Source: a virus (taxonomy: Duplodnaviria; Caudoviricetes). From it: 31,416 nt of DNA. Position numbers and translations under genes: made by a program. This document shows, in pieces, positions 27,001 to 31,416 of the stretch (position 1 is the first letter of the stretch; each line of letters begins with the position of its first letter). The notes under the pieces are model-generated. The model saw only the letters and a list, made by a program, of their open reading frames with translations. It was not told the origin of the DNA and ran no database searches. The stretch is from IMG/VR virus record IMGVR_UViG_3300025869_000056, positions 1 through 31,416 of that record, one strand, 5' to 3'.

Positions 27001-30000
27001 ATATCTATTGACGGAACAGTTGTTACAGAAACCTCTACTGACACGCTTACAAATAAAACAATTAATTTTGAAAACAACACAGCAATAATTGAATACGCTG
27101 TAACAGTATCAAATGCTTCTGGTGGTAATAAATTTTACTTAGACGGACAATTAGCAAGTACTGTACAACTTATACCGGGTGTAACTTACAGATTTGATAC
27201 ATCAGACTCCTCAACATCTGGTCATCCATTTGCTTTATCAGAAACTAAAGACGGTTCACATGCTAGTGGTTCTAGTTATACACAAGGTGTTACAACTAAT
27301 GGCTCGCAAGGTTCAGCAGGTTCATATCTACAAATAGTTGTAGATGGTATGACACCTAACTTGTACTACTACTGTACAGCACACTCTGGTATGGGTAATG
27401 ACGGAATGCTTCGTATTAAGACACAAGATACAGATGATGTATCAGAAGGTTCTAATAACTTATACTATACAGACGCAAGAGCTCAAGCTGCAATTACAGG
27501 TAGTACAGGAATAAACGTTTCATCTGGTGCTGTATCTATAGACAGTACTGTTGTTACTGAAACATCTACAGATACTCTTACAAACAAAACAATAAACTTT
27601 GAAGATAATACTGCAATAGTAGAGTTCGCAGTCACAGTAGCAAATGTAAGTGGTAACAAATACCACCTTGATGGAGAAACTTCTGCAAGCATACAATTAA
27701 TTCCGGGTATAACTTATAGATTTGATACATCAGATAGCTCTGTATCTGGACACCCATTTGTATTATCTACAACTAAGAATGGTACTCACGCTTCTGGTTC
27801 TAACTATACAACTGGTGTTACAACTGTTGGAACTCCCGGAACTTCTGGAGCTTATACTCAAATTGTTGTTAATGCAGCAACCTCTGATACTCTTTATTAT
27901 TACTGTTCATCACACTCTGGTATGGGTGGAGACTCAGTTATTTCTATTGCAGGTTCTAGTTTATCCGCAAGTACTACTGATGACTTATCAGAAGGTTCAA
28001 CAAACTTATATTACACCACAGCTAGATGGGATACTAAGATGGCTGCTGCTGACACAGATGATTTGTCAGAGGGCTCAACCAACCTTTATTATACAGATAC
28101 AAGAGTTGGTTCATACTTAACAACTAATACATACGCAACACAAAGCTATGTAAACACACAAGTTTCAAACTTAGTAGATTCAGCACCGGGAACATTAGAT
28201 ACACTTAACGAATTAGCAGCTGCTTTAGGAGATGACGCAGACTTTTCTACTACCGTAACAAATAGTATTGCAACTAAATTATCCAGTGCTGACTTTAACT
28301 CAACCTTTGATACACAATTAGCTACAAAAGATACAGATGATATTAGCGAAGGTTCTACAAATCTTTATTACACAAATGCTAGATTTGACACACAACTTGG
28401 AACAAAAGATACAGATGACCTAACAGAAGGTAGCACTAATCTTTATTACACAGACGCTAGAGCACAAGCAGTATCTATAAACAATATACTAGAAGATACT
28501 TCCCCACAACTTGGTGGTAACTTAGATATAAATTCAAGCAATATTACAGGAATTGGTAATATTGATACAACTGGTGATATAACAATCACATCTACTAGCG
28601 ATGGTTCAACTGCTGGACCAATTATCAATCTTGTCAGAGATAGTGCCTCTCCTGCTGACGCAGATTACTTAGGTCAAATTAAATTTAAAGGTGAAGATGA
28701 TGGCGGAGCTTCTACTGTATATGCAAAGATTACAGGTAAGATTGATGACGCTTCCGCTGGAACTGAAGATGGTCTTATTGAATTTGCTACTATAAAAGCT
28801 GGTTCAAGCAACATAGCTGCTAGATTAAAAACTACTAACTTCCAATTATTGAATGGTACAGGATTAGAAGTTGATGGAAATACAACACTATCCGGAACTC
28901 TTAATACACATACAGTTCCTAGCGGTACTGGAACAATAGCTTTAACTTCCGATATTCCTAGTGATACAGATGGATTAACAGAAGGCTCATCTAATCTTTA
29001 CTACACTAATGCTAGAGCAGACGCAAGAATAGCACTAGCTAACTTACAAGACCTAGCTAATATTGGATTCTCTGCACCCGGCTCAAGTGAAAATCAAAAG
29101 GTTGTTTCATGGGATGACAGTGCTGGAACATTTGTATTATCTTCAGTATCTGGTCTATCTGGTTCTGGCGAGACTAACACAGTTTCTAACGTTGGAACAG
29201 CTGGTGTTGGAGTATTTAAACAAAAAGCTGGCGAAGATTTTGAATTAAAGAAAATAAATGCAGGTTCTGCAAAGATTACAATTACTGATGACACTTCTAA
29301 TAGTGAGATAGACATAGACTTTGGTTCTGTATCAATAGATGATTTAAGTGATGTAGATACCACAACTTCATCACCTAGTGATGGGCAAGCTCTTAAATGG
29401 AACAATAGTGCAAGTCAATGGGAACCCGGAGACGCAAGTTCTCAAGTTGCACAATTAACTGATGTTACTTTAACTTCTTTAGCTTCCGGAGAACTACTCA
29501 AATACAATGGTAGTGCTTGGGTAAACGCAACATTAGATACTGATGAAGTAACTGAAGGTTCTTCAAACCTTTATTATACAAATGCAAGAGTTCAATCATA
29601 CCTAACTGGAGGAACTGGTGTAACCCTTTCCGGCAGTGGTGAGTTCAGTATCGGACAAGCTGTAGCTACAACAAGCGATGTAACATTTAACGACTTAGTA
29701 GTATCTGGTGACTTAACAGTTTCTGGTACTACAACTTCTGTAAATACAGAAACAATTAACTTAGCTGATAATCAAATTGTTCTTAATTCCAATGCAACTG
29801 GCTCTGCTTCAGAGAATGGTGGTATTGAAATTGAGAGAGGTGACGATACTAATAAAACACTTATATGGAACGAAAGCTCAGATAAGTGGACAGTTGGCTC
29901 AGAGACTTTTGTAGCTGGAACTTTTGAAGGTAATGCTACAGGTATTACAACAACAGCTATAACTACTTTGACAGAAGATACATCTCCAGCAGAAGATGAC

Positions 30001-30981
30001 TTCTTAGTAACATTTGATACAAGTGCTTCTGCATTAAAGAAAGTTGCAAAATCAAATATCGCAGCAGCAGTTAGCTTCAGTGTTAATGATGAAATGCCTC
30101 TTACACTTTCAGACGCAAGTTCAGACCCAATAGAATTTACAAACGTTGGTACCTCAGCTACAGACATAGACTTAGTTCTGGCTGATGGTTCTAGCGACCC
30201 AATTAACATTACAGGCACATCAAACTCCGCAACATCATTTAGAGATAGTGATAACGATACAAAGATTGTAGTAGAAGCTACTACTGATGATGACACAATA
30301 ACAATGACTACTGCTGGAACAGATAGAGTTAGTATCGATAGTTCTGGTGTCCTAGACATAGCCTCAGCTAAATTAGAAATAGCAGGTGCAGCAGGTAGCG
30401 CAGACCAAGTATTAACAACAAATGGCTCTGGAACAATAAGTTGGGGTGATGTAGGCTCTGATTATGTTTTATTAGCAACAACAGATGGTACTTCTGGTGG
30501 ACACGCTACTATAACTTATTCAGATTTATTAGATAAAACAGTTTATAACAGCTTTCAATTAGTTATTCATGGACTTAGGTCAACTTCGGCAGGTGCAGAG
30601 CTTTATGTACAAATGCTTGACAGCTCTGATACTCTTATTACAGGAACATACACTATGGGGTATAGATATACACAAGTAAATGGTACAAACCACTCAGCAG
30701 GTTCAACACGCTCAGATACTAACTATTGGAGATACTTTGGTTTGCAAGGGAACAATGGAGATACACAAAATTACATTTTTGATATATTTCCAGAAGATGA
30801 TATTTACCATAACAACCACATGTACTTTGTTTCTACAAACACGAGTAGTGGAAATACCTATTCTTACGCTGGAATGTCTTTAGCACCTGCTTCATCAACT
30901 GCTTGGAAAGGAATAAAGTTATCTATGTCATCGGGTAATATTGACTCAACACAAATATCTTTATATGGAAGGAAACACTAA
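24097..30981 (+). CDS. Giant repetitive long tail fibre / adhesin (2294 aa)
   Basis: Thr/Gly/Ser/Asp-rich. Fibre motifs NSTKVATTAYV and APGTLDTLNELAAALGDD; several repeat families; followed by a chaperone gene. Confidence 0.9.
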   Translation: MAAKSPIRYVFDTDGNVSEFSEFQATDFISISDGGTGAITASAARTALGLEIGTDIQGYDAELQALSGLTPTDGNFIVGNGSTFIMESGSTVRDSLGLGTSDSVEFNTIQTANLTIGGPSLTLEGATNDSFESTLVVTDPTADRTITFQDATGTVALLSDVTAQDVDFAGDTGTGAVDLDSQTFTIQGTTNEIETSASGQILTVGLPDNVTVGNNLTVTGNLTVSGTQTILNTETLTVDDNTIVLNNNVTGSPSENAGIEIERGTSSNKSLLWDETNDYWTVSSESFVASTFIGNLTGNVTGNVTGNVTGDLTGDVTGDVTGDVTGNLTGNVTGNLTGDTTGNVTATSVLADGVTATTQSASDNSTKVATTAYVDSQVATEDTLAEMNDVTLTSSQNGDFLRYNGSVWINDAVDLATDTVGDFVQSITAGTGISVDVTSGEAQTPTITLSAGLNDLSDITLTSTATGDILRYNGSAFVNEPLNLGTDTEGAYVASLVAGTGIDLSNNTGETATPTITVDLGDFSTSDLAEGTNLYYTTTRFDTAFTGKDTGDLSEGTNLYYTDARADARIAAATTDDLTEGSNLYFTSERVDDRVAALLVDSTSSGIDISYDDTNNQLTLTVDLPEVEDALEDIVNGLVVGGTGITSTYDDTAGTLTLTIPQEVGTSSDVTFNQVTADLVGNVTGNVTGNVTGTVSSITNHDTDSLTEGSTNLYFTNARARGAVSATDSGGDGSFSYDSSTGAFTYTGPSASEVRAHITGGTGVTISSGEIAIGQSVGTSDNVTFNNIDADGNVVIDGNLTVSGTTTTVDTETINLADNVITLNSNATGSATQNGGLEIERGDDSNKTLLWNETDDKWTVGSETFVAGTFEGALTGNVTGTVSSISNHDTDSLSEGSTNLYYTDARVSTYLTGGTGITESSGALSIDFTEFDTDNVVEGTSNLFHTAARARVALSGSTGITYDNSTGAISIDGTVVTETSTDTLTNKTINFENNTAIIEYAVTVSNASGGNKFYLDGQLASTVQLIPGVTYRFDTSDSSTSGHPFALSETKDGSHASGSSYTQGVTTNGSQGSAGSYLQIVVDGMTPNLYYYCTAHSGMGNDGMLRIKTQDTDDVSEGSNNLYYTDARAQAAITGSTGINVSSGAVSIDSTVVTETSTDTLTNKTINFEDNTAIVEFAVTVANVSGNKYHLDGETSASIQLIPGITYRFDTSDSSVSGHPFVLSTTKNGTHASGSNYTTGVTTVGTPGTSGAYTQIVVNAATSDTLYYYCSSHSGMGGDSVISIAGSSLSASTTDDLSEGSTNLYYTTARWDTKMAAADTDDLSEGSTNLYYTDTRVGSYLTTNTYATQSYVNTQVSNLVDSAPGTLDTLNELAAALGDDADFSTTVTNSIATKLSSADFNSTFDTQLATKDTDDISEGSTNLYYTNARFDTQLGTKDTDDLTEGSTNLYYTDARAQAVSINNILEDTSPQLGGNLDINSSNITGIGNIDTTGDITITSTSDGSTAGPIINLVRDSASPADADYLGQIKFKGEDDGGASTVYAKITGKIDDASAGTEDGLIEFATIKAGSSNIAARLKTTNFQLLNGTGLEVDGNTTLSGTLNTHTVPSGTGTIALTSDIPSDTDGLTEGSSNLYYTNARADARIALANLQDLANIGFSAPGSSENQKVVSWDDSAGTFVLSSVSGLSGSGETNTVSNVGTAGVGVFKQKAGEDFELKKINAGSAKITITDDTSNSEIDIDFGSVSIDDLSDVDTTTSSPSDGQALKWNNSASQWEPGDASSQVAQLTDVTLTSLASGELLKYNGSAWVNATLDTDEVTEGSSNLYYTNARVQSYLTGGTGVTLSGSGEFSIGQAVATTSDVTFNDLVVSGDLTVSGTTTSVNTETINLADNQIVLNSNATGSASENGGIEIERGDDTNKTLIWNESSDKWTVGSETFVAGTFEGNATGITTTAITTLTEDTSPAEDDFLVTFDTSASALKKVAKSNIAAAVSFSVNDEMPLTLSDASSDPIEFTNVGTSATDIDLVLADGSSDPINITGTSNSATSFRDSDNDTKIVVEATTDDDTITMTTAGTDRVSIDSSGVLDIASAKLEIAGAAGSADQVLTTNGSGTISWGDVGSDYVLLATTDGTSGGHATITYSDLLDKTVYNSFQLVIHGLRSTSAGAELYVQMLDSSDTLITGTYTMGYRYTQVNGTNHSAGSTRSDTNYWRYFGLQGNNGDTQNYIFDIFPEDDIYHNNHMYFVSTNTSSGNTYSYAGMSLAPASSTAWKGIKLSMSSGNIDSTQISLYGRKH
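24976..25130 (+). repeat. Tandem 4-aa (V/L)TG(N/D) repeats
   Basis: GNLTGNVTGNVTGNVTGDLTGDVTGDVTGDVTGNLTGNVTGNLTGD...; 12-nt degenerate periodicity. Confidence 0.9.
25666..29600 (+). repeat. 13 dispersed TDDLSEG(S)TNLYYT.AR peptide repeats
   Basis: Counted in the translation of 24097..30981. Confidence 0.85.
27007..27950 (+). repeat. Tandem duplication (period about 530 nt) of a cupredoxin-like domain
   Basis: Two copies of VVTETSTDTLTNKTINFE...YRFDTSDSS.SGHPF...LYYYC..HSGMG. Confidence 0.9.
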
Positions 30982-31274
30982 TGGCTCAAAGTATTCAAGA
31001 AATAAAAAATTCTTTACCACCTGTTGGTAAAAAAATAGTTAATGGCGTAGAAACAGAATATACAGAATCAGAAAAAGAATCTATTTTAAATGAATGGGCA
31101 GAAAACGAAAGAGCTAGACAACTTGATGAAGAAGCTAATGGCTACAAAGAGGCTAGAAAGTTAGCTTACCCTCCAATAGAACAACAGCTTGATGAGATTT
31201 TCCATAATGGAATTGATAGCTGGAAAGCAACTATTCAACAAATTAAAGATGATAACCCAAAGCCGAGTGAATAA
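30981..31274 (+). CDS. Probable tail fibre assembly chaperone
   Basis: 97 aa directly after the fibre gene. Motif Y...R..AYP.I..QLD.I.H.G...W...I..IK...PK. Confidence 0.75.
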   Translation: MAQSIQEIKNSLPPVGKKIVNGVETEYTESEKESILNEWAENERARQLDEEANGYKEARKLAYPPIEQQLDEIFHNGIDSWKATIQQIKDDNPKPSE

Positions 31275-31416
31275 TGGAAGTATTTATAACATTTCTAGCA
31301 GGTTTTTCACTAGGTTGGGGTAGTGCTTGGATTGCTAGAACCTTACCCTTTTTAAAAGACATTGATGACGAATCTTTAGACTATAATAATGCTAGTGGGA
31401 GAAGTGTTAAAGAAAT
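31274..31416 (+). CDS. 3'-truncated protein with an N-terminal hydrophobic segment
   Basis: TAATG-coupled. MEVFITFLAGFSLGWGSAWIARTLPFLKDIDDE... stays open to the window end. Confidence 0.6.
   Translation, partial: MEVFITFLAGFSLGWGSAWIARTLPFLKDIDDESLDYNNASGRSVKE

Larger units (their letters stand above)
1..31416 (+). mobile_element. Siphovirus (HK97-fold) head-tail morphogenesis module; phage or prophage segment
   Basis: Canonical order of protease, capsid, connectors, tail tube, frameshifted chaperone, tape measure, baseplate and fibres. All genes are on the + strand and tightly packed, with many TAATG overlaps. No flanking host genes, so free phage versus prophage cannot be decided. Confidence 0.97.

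Noticed and set aside
27722-28120. 132-aa alternative-frame plus ORF (also 29063..29248 and 30680..30883)
   Set aside because: Leu/Gln-rich off-frame by-products of codon bias inside the fibre gene.
25666-29600. Recurring gaaggt...aacttatattac DNA repeats as a CRISPR array
   Set aside because: In-frame peptide repeats with wobble variation and irregular spacing.
1-31416. Alternative genetic code or stop-codon readthrough
   Set aside because: Genes are full length and densely packed under the standard code; TAA, TGA and TAG all serve as stops.

Overview
The window is one continuous, all-plus-strand morphogenesis module of an AT-rich (roughly 35% GC by eye) HK97-type siphophage. Gene order: 5'-truncated head protein, prohead protease, major capsid protein, head-tail joining genes, major tail protein, tail assembly chaperone with a -1 frameshift, 1422-aa tape measure, baseplate and central-fibre genes, a 2294-aa repetitive side fibre, and a fibre chaperone. 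The actinophage-like chaperone and tail-tube motifs, leaderless-type promoters and aquatic-phage fibre repeats suggest a low-GC aquatic actinobacterial host (inference). I saw no tRNA, rRNA, CRISPR array, integrase, reverse transcriptase or host genes. Most notable observations: (1) a promoter-bracketed three-gene cassette (double-HTH/Zn-finger, FmdB Zn-ribbon, degenerate AIPR) inserted between the head-tail connector and head-closure genes; (2) the capsid and tail-tube ribosome-binding sites share a hairpin with GGAGA in the loop; (3) two tandem amicyanin-like type-1 copper motifs in the tail fibre; (4) synonymous avoidance of GATC, CCWGG, GCATC and TCAGG; (5) a roughly 4-fold expanded HK97 gp10-like protein; (6) an unannotated, translationally coupled 40-aa Cys microprotein. 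All family assignments come from reading motifs by eye, not from database searches.
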